Source: Yuukianura sp. NJ FZ-2021 (taxonomy: Eukaryota). From it: a stretch of 64,000 nucleotides of DNA. Position 1 is the stretch's first letter, and each line of letters begins with the position of its first letter. This document shows, piece after piece, positions 10,916 through 22,926 of this stretch. The stretch spans positions 4,898,001 through 4,962,000 of the forward strand of contig CM102285.1 of NCBI GenBank assembly GCA_046563655.1, given 5' to 3'. The notes below the pieces were generated by a model. The model was not told where the DNA came from. It was given only the letters and a program-made list of their open reading frames with translations, and did no database searches. A program made the translations under genes and the position numbers.

Positions 10916-13647
10916 ATGAAGACTTTACTCATCTTCTGGATTTTGCTATTCTGCGAAGCCACACGAAGCACAAAAATCAAAGTTGTTGACGGTACCTGGC
11001 TGAAACAGGTAATTGAATAGAAAATAAACTATGTATGTATGTTTTTCAGAGGGATCTCTAAGTGCATTAGGCACAGAGAGGATCACGGCGATGAGGCGTA
11101 CTATCGGGCCTATTTCGCACTCTCCATAACAGCAATTTAATTTCAGGGATTAACTCTCCCACCTCTAACCTTCGCTCTTTTTAATTGTCGGAGGAATTCC
11201 GTTAGTTCAGAGAGAGAAGTGTTTTTAAGATCCTCTTTGCTCAAGAGGTATACCCCAAATGCCTTTAGCCTTGGGTTCATGTTTGCCTCACACTCCATCA
11301 GTAGGTGATCACGTGTCTCCTCCCTGTATCCACAGTGTGGACATAGGGGCGAGTCTGCGATACCCATCCTGTGGAGGTGTTTGGCATTTTGTCCATGTCC
11401 TGTGATCAATTCTGTAAGAGATTTAAGGTCTTCTCTATTTAGTTTTAAGCAGTGTTTAGCATTTTGAGTACATGTTTTTGTGATGACTTTTTTGGAGTCT
11501 TCACATCTCTGTTGTGCTCGCCATCTTTTTTCATGACAGGTTCTGGAATAGTCATTGATTGCAGTTACTATTGTACGGTAAGGAATTGGTAATATCGGTT
11601 CTGGCCCAATAAATTTTGTGTAAGTAGCCGCCTTCGCTAAGCTGTCCACTATTTCATTGCCTACGTACCCCTTATGTGCTGGTATCCAGTTAACATTTAC
11701 CGGGCATATTGTGCTGATTTTGTTAAGTGTTATATGAGAATCATAGATGAGATTTGTACTCTCATCATTTTTTCCCATTAGGCTTTTAACAACTCCTTGG
11801 TTGTCGATATAGATTTCAACAAGTGTTATGTTCTTATATTCTGGTTTGTCTGTAGACAAGGTCTTTTCAACCCAGTCAGCAACCGAGAGTAAAGAGTACG
11901 TCTCCGCTTGAAAGACGCTTGTGCAGTGTCCAAGGGGATATATTTCACTTTGTAGTATTTTGTTACCATTGAGTACTACGTATGCAGCACCAGAAGAATT
12001 TATTTTAGATCCATCAGTAAACACTTGGAGGACCGAAGCGCTACGCTTTGGCTCCCCCTCCTCTTCCCAATGTTTCCGTTTCTTTATTAGTATATTGTAT
12101 TTAGGTGATATTTGATTTATGAATTTTGTTTCAATAGGTAGCGTGAGGAGTGGGAGATTATTTCTCCATTCCTCACATTGTTTTATGTGTGTGTTCCTTT
12201 TTAGAAGCCCCATGGATTTCCATGGTAGCCAGTCTTTATGCTCAATTAACCTTAACATTGTTTTAATGCACAATGTCATGATGTGATGGTCGATTGGGCG
12301 TATGTCTATAATGCACTCCATGCTCGCAGTTGGCGTGGATCGCATTGCCCCTGTTATGTTGATCAATGCTGCCCTTTGCGCCTTTTGCAACATGGTTAGT
12401 GTATTTTGTTTGGTTACTGCGGTCGCCCAGCAAACGCACGCATGCGTGATCCTCGGGCGGACAATAGCAGTATAAATCCAGCAACATATTTTAGGATTGA
12501 GTCCCCACGTTGTGGATATGGCTCGTTTACACTGATGCAGGGTGATTACTCCTGCAAGTGCTTTGGTTTGGTTTGGTTTTACAATGTTCAGTCCAGGTTA
12601 GTTTGGAATCAAGCCATACACCAAGGTGCTTGACTACCTTACTGTAAGATATGCTTATACCATTTAGTTGTAATATAGAGTTTGGTATTTTTCTACTGTT
12701 TGTGAATAGTACAGCTTCAATTTTATTGGGGTTTACCCCCAGTCGAATCGTTTTGCACCATTTGTCGACAGTGTTTAGACTTTGTTGCATTATGTTGGCA
12801 AGGGTCGACATATCCTTGCCACATTGTAGTAAGGAAACATCGTCCGCAAAGCCTTGCGTGTTAATCTGCGGAAATTTAGTTCTTAGAATATACAGTAGTT
12901 CATCCAGAACCATATTCCATAGGAGAGGTGAAAGAACGCCGCCTTGCGGGCATCCTTTCTGTACAGTTCTGTGTATTACTTTTCCATTCAGTTCACTGTA
13001 TACGGTTCTGTTTGTCAACATGGACGATATCCAGTTGATAACCGTCTTGTCAACTTCGAACCGATTCAGTGCCTCGAAAATAAACTAACAAAAGTATTAA
13101 ATAAATTTCTCAATTTTTAAAATAGGTTCCTAATCAATAAATATTAAAATTAAAATTAATTAAATTTTGATTTAACAATTTCAGGTTCATTCAGCAGCGT
13201 ACGAAGCTTCAATGCCTATGGTGTTTCGCATTCGACTTCCTAAGAATCTGATTGACTCAACAACTCTGTTCAACAAATGCGTTCAGGAGATGCTGGCGGT
13301 AAAGAATCAATCCATGAGATTGGAATGCCAAACACTGCTGATTTACAAGGATATCATGGAGAGAATTAGGTCCATCGAAAATGACATCAAGGTGAATACA
13401 CATGATTTAACTAATTCCTTGACAACAATTTGAACACATAATGAACATAGCTTAATTTTTATTGCAGCCTAAATCATCCACCTCCACAAAGAAGCATGAC
13501 AACCACATTCGCGAAAAAAGGCAAATACTAGCTGCCGCTGCTGTTGGAGCCGCTGCCCTTGGCGGAGCAGTCTTTGGGCCGGTCATTTCGAAGTATTTCA
13601 AAAACTTTTTCGGTGACTCCTCCGAGGTGAAAGATTACTTGAATAAG
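10916..13647 (+). pseudogene. Intron-containing envelope/fusion glycoprotein gene, N-terminal 160 codons only
   Basis: Exons 10916-11008, 13185-13391 and 13468-13647, all phase 0 with GT-AG. Signal peptide MKTLLIFWILLFCEATRS, then KIKVVDGTWLKQVHSAAYEASMPMVFRIRLP, then furin site REKR followed by QILAAAAVGAAALGGAVFGPVI. No further exon after the donor at 13648. Confidence 0.8.
11032..13075 (-). mobile_element. 5'-truncated non-LTR retrotransposon, LOA/R1-I group (RT, RNase H, CCHC)
   Basis: GCPQGGVLSPLLWN, GFADD, VFTDGSK, SVFQAE, WIPAHKGYVGNEIVDSLAK, CPHC..HLLMEC. (CATA)n 3' tail and 12-bp TSD GAAAATAAACTA at 11020-11031 and 13076-13087. Frame break near 12530-12560. Confidence 0.95.
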
Positions 13648-13703
13648 GTAATTTATTTGCAAATTATTCAAATGAATTCAAAACTTTGTACGAAATTTGT
13701 TCG

Positions 13704-14057
13704 TTAGAGCGCTAGCGTCACCATTGTCGCTTTGTCCTCACGTGCCACAGGCTGATCATCCGGATTCAGGCAGAAGTCCAATTTTCGTCGCACATGAGAA
13801 TTTGTGCCTGGAGGAGGCAGGAACTCTAAAAGTGCTTTGTGAATCGATTTCAGTCTATTCTTACATGAAGAACATAATGCGCGGTTATCTGCTCTATCCC
13901 GGACAGGCGTGAATTGTAGTTGTGAATTCATCCTGAATAACAAAGTTTTCAAAGCCTGCCCAACAGTCACATTGCAATCCCGCAATGTTGCGGAAAATCC
14001 AATAATATCTTGACTATTCTTGAAGGGTTTGTCGCAATTATCGCAGTGTCTGTTCAT
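13704..14057 (-). pseudogene. CxxC...CxxC (ZAD-like) zinc-domain ORF, probably a truncated N-terminus
   Basis: MNRHCDNCDKPF...RALCSSCKNRLKSIHKAL. The ORF ends abruptly next to the truncated env intron. Confidence 0.55.
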
Positions 14058-14392
14058 TTTCGTGCCGACTGTTCTTTCTGAAATTGGGTCCAACTGATAG
14101 TGTATCCACCTTAAAGCACCAGACTTCAAACCAGAACTAATTTCAACCACAGACTGGCAGGTTCAGACAGACTGCCAACCACAGCTTCATGAGTTGTTAG
14201 TGAGTCATTTTCTAATTTGGATACTAGCCAGAAGTGGCGGTTATCTCCCATCAGACACAGAAGGGGTTAAAGGCATCGTAAAACAGAAATACAACCCCCG
14301 CCTAACTATGGACAATGCAATGAGACAGTTAAAATGGTTTTTAATTTAATCAAAATTGATTTTGTTTTGGAGCAAAACTTGCTCCCTCCTAA

Positions 14393-14467
14393 GGGGCGAG
14401 TTGGCTCAGTGGTTAAGCCATCAATGCTTTTCCACTGGCCGGCCTGGGTTCGCACCCAGTCAGCGGG
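14393..14467 (+). other. tRNA-like / Pol III promoter segment (SINE head or pseudo-tRNA)
   Basis: A box TGGCTCAGTGG (~14402) and B-box-like GGTTCGCACCC within the stem CTGGG/CCCAG. No good acceptor stem. Confidence 0.5.
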
Positions 14468-15024
14468 AGAGGAAAAAGAAGTCGAGGCCGTGGGTCCTCC
14501 CTGTCCCGAAGCAGGGAGGCAAGTGCTGGACTTCTGCCTTTCCTGCGGCTGCTGTGTGGACACCCCAAGATAAAGGAGAGTGTCGGGGGCACCGCATCTG
14601 CAAGAACTGCCTGCTGTGGTCACAGTACCAAGCTGACCTTGAGTCAGAGGTCTGTGATCATCGCATGGAGCAGGTAAGAGCTTCGCAGATGTTGGTGTTT
14701 ACTGATTACTACTCCTTGAACCAGTCCATTAAGCAAAAAACACTCATTCAATCTGATTTGTTTATCGAAATACGGACGACCTCCGTAGGGTGATAACATT
14801 CAGATTATCATAATGTGTGTTTGCTCAGAAAGGACAAAAAATAACGCTGTTTCTAAAGGGGTTGATGTTGAAATATTCCATATAAGCGAATGCTCAGCGT
14901 GAGTCAGTCACCTAAATATAGGTGACTGCTCCCCCCAATAAACATATATATGCTCCCTCCTGTTCATCGAAATTATTTTTTTTGGAGAATGTTCTAACAT
15001 AACATAGCCATTACAAAAGATATA

Positions 15025-15490
15025 GGAAAAAGTTTACTTTCAGTGGGTAACTCCGATTTTCGTAATTTTTTTTTCACAAATACCCTTTGACCCCCTGACT
15101 ATGAAAATATAATTTTTTGGGCCCGCTTTCAAAAATTTCGAATTTTTAAAAAATTTTGAAAATGGGCAATTTCCCATAAGATCACATGTTAACTTTTCTT
15201 AAAAATAAATCCCTTTCTCGAAGCCTAAACAAACCTAACCTAAATGCTATAATATCAGTATTTTAGCCTTTAAAAAACCTAACCTAACGAAATAAAACCA
15301 ATAACCTATTTTGAGAAAAAAATTAACATGTGTCCTTATGGGGAAATTTCAATTTTCAAACTTTTATAAAAATTCGAATTTTTTGAGAGCGGGTCAAAAA
15401 AATTATATTTTCATAGTCAGGGGGTCAAAGGGTATTTGTGAAAAAAAAATCACGAAAATCGGAGTTACCCACTGAAAGTAAAACTTTACC
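15025..15490. mobile_element. MITE with ~180-bp TIRs
   Basis: TACTTTCAGTGGGTAACTCCGATTTTCGT.. is mirrored at the right end. GG..CC termini with flanks AAGATATA / AAGATTTA (8-bp TSD, 1 mismatch). AACCT repeats in the spacer. Confidence 0.85.
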
Positions 15491-16310
15491 AAGATTTACA
15501 TCTTGTACAAATTCAACTTTTTACTTAAAACCGAAAACGAGTACAAAAAACATGGATTTCCTTCGTTCAACAAAAATTGTGCATCGATGCACAATCGGTG
15601 GATCCACCGATTTCCCATCTCTTAACATTATACACACTCGCCTTATGGAGTGAAACCCAACCGTGTTTGAGGTGAGCGAAAGTAAACAAACAAACACGGT
15701 TGACATCCTAACAATGACACACTGGGGTTGACCTCTATTTATAGGTTCCCGTGAACCTATTACTGGGGTCACTTAGTGACTAACTAAACTGACAAAAATA
15801 GACTTGCACTCGTAGTCTAATCAAACATGACAGTGTGTTTGCACTTATGCAAACACAGAGAAAACAAAACGAAGACTCTGACATAACTTTACATGACTCT
15901 AATGTAAGTTGTGTGACTGAACTAAAATACAGTTTCTTGACCCGTGTCAATATGCTTACGTGTGGCCGCGTATGTAAAATTACGTAATAACCATGCGGTG
16001 TTCACATATATGGTGGACATGGTTACACGCGCGCAATTCCGATGTCATTTCAACCATTTTGAAAATTTGGAAACCAGGGTGATCTTTTATTTTGCACAGT
16101 ACAGACTACAAAGCGCAGAGAGAGCGTACTGTCGGCGTAAGTTACTGTCTTTAGATTATACCGTCGAGCAGGGATTTTTCACATGCGGGTAACCAGTGAT
16201 GATAACCCATATTAGGGTGCTGCTTCGACTCTTTTACAGAATTGTACTGGAGTAGTATGTGTACTCTTATAATTTAAGTTACAGATAGAAAGTGGCCGAA
16301 CTTTCAAATT

Positions 16311-19300
16311 TCAATGTTGACTTCTGAAATAACTGTTACTTGTAAACTGGGCAGGAGCCCGTCTGTGTTGCTGTTGCTGGTGTAAAACGGAGAGTAGTTG
16401 CGATGTATGGGAAAGGTCAATAGTTGTATACGGGTACCCGTCGACTCCGACGGCGGGACTTTGAAATTGATGAGTGGAAGAATGTGGTGGTGCCCTCTCC
16501 CATCCCTCCCCGCCCCCCATCAGGAAATGTGGTGCTGGTACGAGTGGTTGCTGGAATGTAGTTTGCAAATGGCGATCGCCAACGTGGGCTGGAATAGTCT
16601 CCTGTCTTTCGTAGACTGGGGATGTACTTTGTTCCGACGACAATGGATCCATTCGTTCCTCTTGAGACCTAGAGGACTCAATCGACGAAGAAGACGGCGT
16701 TCTGACCTTTTGAGTTTGTTGTCGTCGCTTCGGTGTAGGCTCAACGGTACGATTTTTGAATCTTTTTCCATAACGAGTCTTTATTCCCAAATGGATTTTG
16801 CTGTGCTGGTAGAGACTTTTTCTGGAAAAAAGACAAAAAATTGTTTAGCAGAGTTCAACATTAACAGGTTAAGGCATAAGGCTATGGTTTCTTATTTTCA
16901 TTTACAATTAATACAATGATAAATGCTATACAATTTTAGATTAGGTTGACCCATAGTGGAATATAAATTCAGAAAAACAAGTTGGGACAATAGCCAATTC
17001 ATAGAGTGTAGCGCTGGCGATGTGCTCTATTAGTACTTGTTGAAGCATTGTTCTTGTTTGCTGTTAACAGGAGGCGGTTTTTTTTTGTGTAATAACGGAG
17101 GCGGTTTTTAGGGTAGTTTACTCTTGAATTTGTGCAGATGACTGTTCCAATCTCTCACCGCTAAAGTACCGGAAACTGGCAAATTGATGGCAAATGCTTA
17201 CTCAAAATTAATGGTTCTTATTATTTTAAATTTGTTAATTTTTTTTTATGCACACGCTTAAGTGTGGGTCTTGGCATATCATTACGCTGGTAACGTAAAG
17301 CCCGCTTTATGTAGCGAAACTGTGTAAACAAGGACGCGGAGTTGAAACGCTATTCAAAAAATAAAATTGATACCTAATAATACCTAAATTCTTTTCTTTA
17401 AAACAATAGTGTTTCAAATCATTTTATAACAATCATTTAAGGCTTCTATCACCGGGGGTGTTTACCGTAATAAACATAGTGTTCATAGTAAGTACATAGT
17501 GTCGACATCCATGGTTAAGCTTCAACCAAAGTAAAAGCTCTAGTCATCTGCTTTAACCGCTACAACATGAAGCGGGATTTACTGCAACAGCGTACAACCA
17601 ATGCCATATAGCGGTCTTTAGAAGAAAATGAACAAACATAAGAAAAATAAAAATTAATTTTAAGCAAAGCACCTGCCCTCAATTTGCAATTTTCCGGTAC
17701 TTTAAGGCATTAGCCATTGGCACAGTTGTAAGCTAAGGAAGAGACAACTAAATTAGTAACAAGTAAACCAAACAGCAAGAAATATAATAATATAAATCAC
17801 ATTGTAATTTATGTAAATTCCAATTTTAAATCTGATCTGAATCAGAATGAATTTTAAATCGGAAACAATAAATTGAAATTGGTCTTACTGTGTCATAAAT
17901 GCTTTCCCACAAGATTCGCAGACGTAGCTCTTTACAGAGTTATGGCTTTCTTCGTGTGCTTTGAGCAGGCAACCCGATACAAATTTCTTGTGGCAAATTT
18001 GACATGTGTAATTCCTCGTATCTGAATGTGAAGCCCTTATGTGGTAATTTAACCCGGATTTAGCTTTATACCTGAAATCAACAAGAAGTTCAATATAAAC
18101 CTAGAATAAATTGCTGAAGTTAGCAGACTCACCCAACCCCACAAATTTCACAAACGTAATTCCTTGTCGTGTCATGGCTTCCCATATGTCGAGCTAACCC
18201 TTTGCTATCCAGCGCCAAGTATTGGCACTGTGTACACTGGAACTCTGTCGAACGTTGTGTGTGTACTGTGAGAATATGACGTTTTAGTTGTGATTGGACA
18301 TCAAATACCTGTCAATATATAATAAAAGCTTCCTGAATAAAATTACACGAGTATATAAACGTTCTACAAATTAGGTTTGTTGAAAACGTATATTAAATAT
18401 TCCCCAGCAAGCATTCACCTTGTTGCATTCTCCACATTTGTTTGCAGCTAGCATCGGCTCATGCTCCTGCCTCACGTGTGTTTTCAAGTCTGCAATAGAA
18501 AGATACCTTCCATCAACCCAACATCAGTTAAAATAGAATACAACATGGCGGTGCTCATTGTTCGTTCGTAACCAGGTCTATATCGAGAGGGTCGATTGCA
18601 CATTTCAGCGTGAAGGGAGGGCGAAACCCCATTTGAAACAAAAGTAGTGCTAATTTAGTGGGTTAAATAAGAAAAAGAAAACGTTTAAAACCTGAAAAAC
18701 GGTCTGCGCCAAAGTTTTAATATAAATTTCATTGTTCGCAGAATGCTGGTTTTCGCATTTTTCAAATGAACGTTTTTCGCATTTTTTCTTGTGTACATAT
18801 TATTAGGGTTTTCTCAAATCAACAAGTACAGCTTTTAATATTTAGCTCATAGATTTGTAATTTTGCTGTATATTTGATGTAAATTCATAAACAATGTGCA
18901 TATGAAAGGTACCTATTATAGCTTTCATTTCAAACGAATTAGAACATTCTATATTGGCATACCTTGTCGATTCGTAAATCCAGAATTGCATATTATGCAG
19001 GAGAACGGGTCCATAGCAATCCTCGCCCTATGTAGGTTCTCGTGAACATCCAAGTCTTCTTGTTTTGAACTTTCGTACATTTTTCCGCAGTAAGAACAGC
19101 TTAAGGTATCTCCAAATGGGTGTCGCAGCGCGATATGCTGAAAAGATAATCATACAAGGGTGTTAAATTAAAACTTTAATTTCTAGACATGAAAAAATTA
19201 TTTTTCCGAGTTCCGACATTCTGAGTTTCTTAGGATGGATAAAATTACTTTTTGATGAAAAATTGAAAGTCTTTAGTAGTACGTTTTGATCCGATTCATT

Positions 19301-21333
19301 ACAGTTTTACACCTTTCAACGCCAGATAAATGGAAACGAACTTCATGTTCATCCCTGCATCAGAACCATGTCAGAAATTACAGCGAAACTATTTTTCGCT
19401 CTAATTTAATAATTGTAACTAGGCAGTCGCCAAATGCCAAGGCTTTAGTAAATTTTCGCAACTGCGAAAACTGGTGGAGTTTTGAGCCACGAACTAATAA
19501 CTAAGCAATCGAATCTAAAGTCTCATAGAAAATAAAGTGATGCTGCCCTGAACAGCTAATGCATCGTTAAATCAACGGTCATTGTTTCATATTAAAGTGA
19601 CGTTAATTGTTAATCACCTTTCTTAATTCTCGCCGAGATGAGAACGGCTTCTGGCAATAAGTACAAGGACCAAGCGGGGTTGTATCTTTAGCCCAACCAG
19701 CACCCTTGCTAGTTTCGTCTCCGTCGCTACGTTTTCCGTCTCTTTCGTCATGGTGCTTCTTTTGATGTAAGTAGTATCGTGTATTTGAGCCGAATTTCTC
19801 ATCGCATTTTTTGCAATGAAACGGTGTTGGGTCTGAACGGTGAACCTTGTTTACGTGAGCCTCCAACTTGTACTTGACGGAACACGTAAAAGAACATTCT
19901 TCACATTTGAGCCTACCAACTGCATTTTGATTAGCTTTTGCTGTTAATGCATTATTTTTGGCTTGACCAAATTTAGTCTTCTCGGGATTAACCCAGATTA
20001 CACGACGATCTGTGTCGTCTGCTCCATAGGCAACGGGTGTACGAAGCACAATTCTGGCCTTGTCTTTGCTGCGCATGACTTTTGGTTTTAGTTTAGTTTT
20101 CATTGGAACTTTCTTTTTCACAAATTCATTTTTTTTAACAATCAACACTGTCTTATTTTCAGACTTAAACGCCACTCTAGGAGCAGTAGAGATCCTTGGA
20201 GTTACAGAAGTTTTGCTTTTGGATTTCATCTTTCCTTTCTTCTTCACACCGGAGTATTTAGATTCCATCTCAACCTCCCAATCCTCATCTGAACTGTTGC
20301 TCGGAGTAGAGAAATCGTCGGTATGCACATCGGGATCATCAGTAGCATCATCACTAACCAAAGTATCGAATCCAGATTTAAGAATTACTTCTACTTGGGG
20401 CGGAGCTTCGAATTCAAGAGCTTCGTCGCCGGGGCTGAACACGTCCGCTTCGGCATCTTCATGAAAATATTCAGTTGGGGAATACTCTGCAGCCATTGGC
20501 GTTTTCCTGTTTCCCTCAGCATTATGTACTGCCACCTTTGAACTTGGAGTTTCATTTGGGAAGATAGAAGCAGATTCAGACTTTTCGTCCTCGCAGTCAT
20601 CCAATTCTTTCCGATTATCGGGTAGAATAGTTCTGTAGAAGGACTTTACCAGTTTTTTATAATCCTCCTGCACTTCCGTTTTTCTGGTCATCACGGAATC
20701 ATAATTTTCTTTCAATAGGGATTCTACCGTAGTGCGTGCTTGTTGGAGTTTGTCTTCAAGTAATTGCAGTGTTCTAAAACTAAAGTCAATGTCACGCAGA
20801 ATATTATGACACCTTGGGCAATAAGGAGCCCCGACAACCATTTGACGGAATGATCTTCGGAAACCGAATAACTTGCAAAAAGATTTGGAACAATTTTCCA
20901 ACCAGAGTGATAAAAGATAACTGTTTGTACTTGTGTCTTCAGGGTTAGGCGCTGCTAGGGATCCACAAAGTACACAACTCAATTCCTTTTCAATAGGGGC
21001 GTGGTCTTCAGCTTCTGGTGGGTCAGCAGTATCCTCATCCTCATACGCTTCATTTTCTTCTGCTTCCTCTTCGTCTTCAACGCTAGAAATATTTCCTTCG
21101 TCGCTTTTTGAGATCCATGAGTGGAATGAAGACTCATCACTGGCATCTGAAAGATATGAACCTTCAATTATAACGTTCCGACTAAGGACTTTAAAGCTAA
21201 AGCACTACTATAATAAGAAATTGGTAGTAGTAAATAGTAATAGTGCTGAAACGCCAACGTAAGCAACACAAAGTCGAAAAAAAAACCTCCACCCCAATTT
21301 AGACCGCTCAGTAATAGGCGCAAGTATAACCAT
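16311..21333 (-). CDS. ZAD-like domain plus multi-C2H2 zinc-finger transcription factor
   Basis: Large exon ~21200-19618 (CVLC...CPRC, acidic linker, CEEC..H..H, CKKC..H..H, CTYC). Further exons ~19138-18962, 18491-18419, 18308-18133, 18072-17889 and ~16821-16311 complete fingers across junctions (SRRELRK|HIALRH; CESCGKAFMTQ|KSLYQHSKIH). The start at 21333 is tentative. Confidence 0.88.
17140..17730. mobile_element. Degenerate foldback/MITE in a zinc-finger gene intron
   Basis: TAAAGTACCGGAAA..GCAAATTGA (17162-) is mirrored by TCAATTTGC..TTTCCGGTACTTTA (~17680-17704). Inner pair GTAAAGCCCGCTT (~17294) / AAGCGGGATTTAC (~17570). Confidence 0.6.
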
Positions 21334-22172
21334 CGCTGGAGAACACCTCTGAACCGTGGCGAAGACTGCTTCACCGTCCAACTCTAACTTAGTTTAGTAT
21401 TTAGGTTGTGCTAGGGTGGGGCCTTACAAGTGCATCTCTCTCATTAGGAGGGTAACTTAGGACCAGAAACCTTTAACAATACTTCAATAGCGTTAAAACT
21501 TAAAAGTTAAAAGGTAAAAATAATTTTCACCAGGTTTAGCAACTTTGAACTTTGTGGTGAAATTAAGTTCTATATAATAAATGACGTATCGTATTATTAA
21601 TTATGACACTTCGTTAAAAAGTTATCGTTGTTTAAAAATTTTTACACTGGGTGTCCCAATAATTTTGGCCGCCACTGTAGCTTTTTTTGACAAGGCATGC
21701 CAAGTCAACGGTCGCTCGCAAATCATTCACAGCAGAAAAAAAAATCCCATGACACGAAAGTTCAACATGCATCTAATATAATACGCGTCCATGAGAAATG
21801 GAAAATTGTGCATTCCAAAATTATGAACCCAGTATTTGGAATCTTCCTTTGACATTCCACTGAAAGAAGAAAGACGCTAGAACAAAATAGGTTATGCCGC
21901 TGGGGAAGAAAAGAAAGTGTTTTGACACAAGTTCCTCAAAATGCCCTTTAAACATGCACAAAGCTCAGTGCCAATTTGATTTGTCAAACACTAGAACCAT
22001 ACAAATAATAACGCTGGATTTGCTGAATTAAGATTAGGTTAAAAGTAAAACATTCGGTATCGGTTCCTACATATTTTGACAAAAAGTTTCCCATAAAAAA
22101 TTATTTCTTCCGAATCAATCTGAATCCAAAAAATACACGTGTTATGGGCAAGGAAATACGCTACTGTCCATA

Positions 22173-22367
22173 TTAGAAATACTCGAAGATGAGCTCACCA
22201 GCCAAACTCCCTTTGCAGACTGATTCTTGATGGATCTTAAGCTGGTCAAGGTCACCTTTCATTTGGGCTGCACAGTAATTGCATTTCGCCCACTTCTCTG
22301 GATAATTCGACTTTCTAATGGGTTTGAAATGAAACCAAACAGGATCTTCCGTTTCGGTCCTCCCCAT
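22173..22367 (-). CDS. BED zinc-finger exon (hAT-type N-terminus)
   Basis: MGR..DPVWFHF...WAKCNYC..MKG..QLKIHQESVC, with a GTGAG donor near 22198. No transposase core is visible downstream. Confidence 0.7.
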   Translation of the reverse strand: MGRTETEDPVWFHFKPIRKSNYPEKWAKCNYCAAQMKGDLDQLKIHQESVCKGSLAGELIFEYF

Positions 22368-22926
22368 TTTTAGTACTAATACTGGTTCAAGTTTAACGAG
22401 ATCCGTTCACCAAGATAGTAGAAACAGGCGGTTAAGACGGTCTTCGTGACATGATGTCACTATGTAAATTCTTATACAAGGTTGAGGTTAGTATATTTTT
22501 CCTTCCACACGAATGCAAATTGACGTTCTGAAATACACAAATTGACAAATATACAAATGATAAGGCGCTGCTGAGGTTCAATTCCATGAAACCATCGGTT
22601 ACTTTTATATAATGAATATAACATTGTTATTATAAGGTTACACATACGTTATGTTAAAATGTAGATAATGCTACATCATGTAACATGTATGGCAGGATAG
22701 CATGTAACTTACATGCTATCCTGCTATATCATACGAAACAGCGATACGCCTCCCTGTATATATGTAACATGTGCAAATGCTGCTACCAAAAGTTGCTATC
22801 ATCAAATATCACTGGCTAATCTATTGGAGGGTATATGGGAAGGGCCGAAGGTATACGGTAGAATAAGCCGGACGAACTCTGCCTTACTCCTGGTCCTGCC
22901 TACTTTTCGTGGCACAGGCATAAGGC

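Noticed and set aside
15232..15288. (AACCT)n resembling arthropod TTAGG telomere repeats (also ~46488, ~56953, ~60849)
   Set aside because: Only 2-3 units each, at least two inside MITE spacers; not telomeric arrays.
7650..16250. Search for TIRs bounding the helicase-env cassette, including small hairpins near 14903-14925 and 15659-15712
   Set aside because: No convincing left/right terminal match or TSD was found by eye, so the element boundaries remain undefined.
16398..21262. Plus-strand ORFs (16398, 20060, 20933) opposite the zinc-finger gene
   Set aside because: Antisense shadows of real coding exons.
22692..22724. Perfect hairpin GCAGGATAGCATGTAA-C-TTACATGCTATCCTGC
   Set aside because: Real but isolated; probably the centre of a decayed MITE, with no further support.
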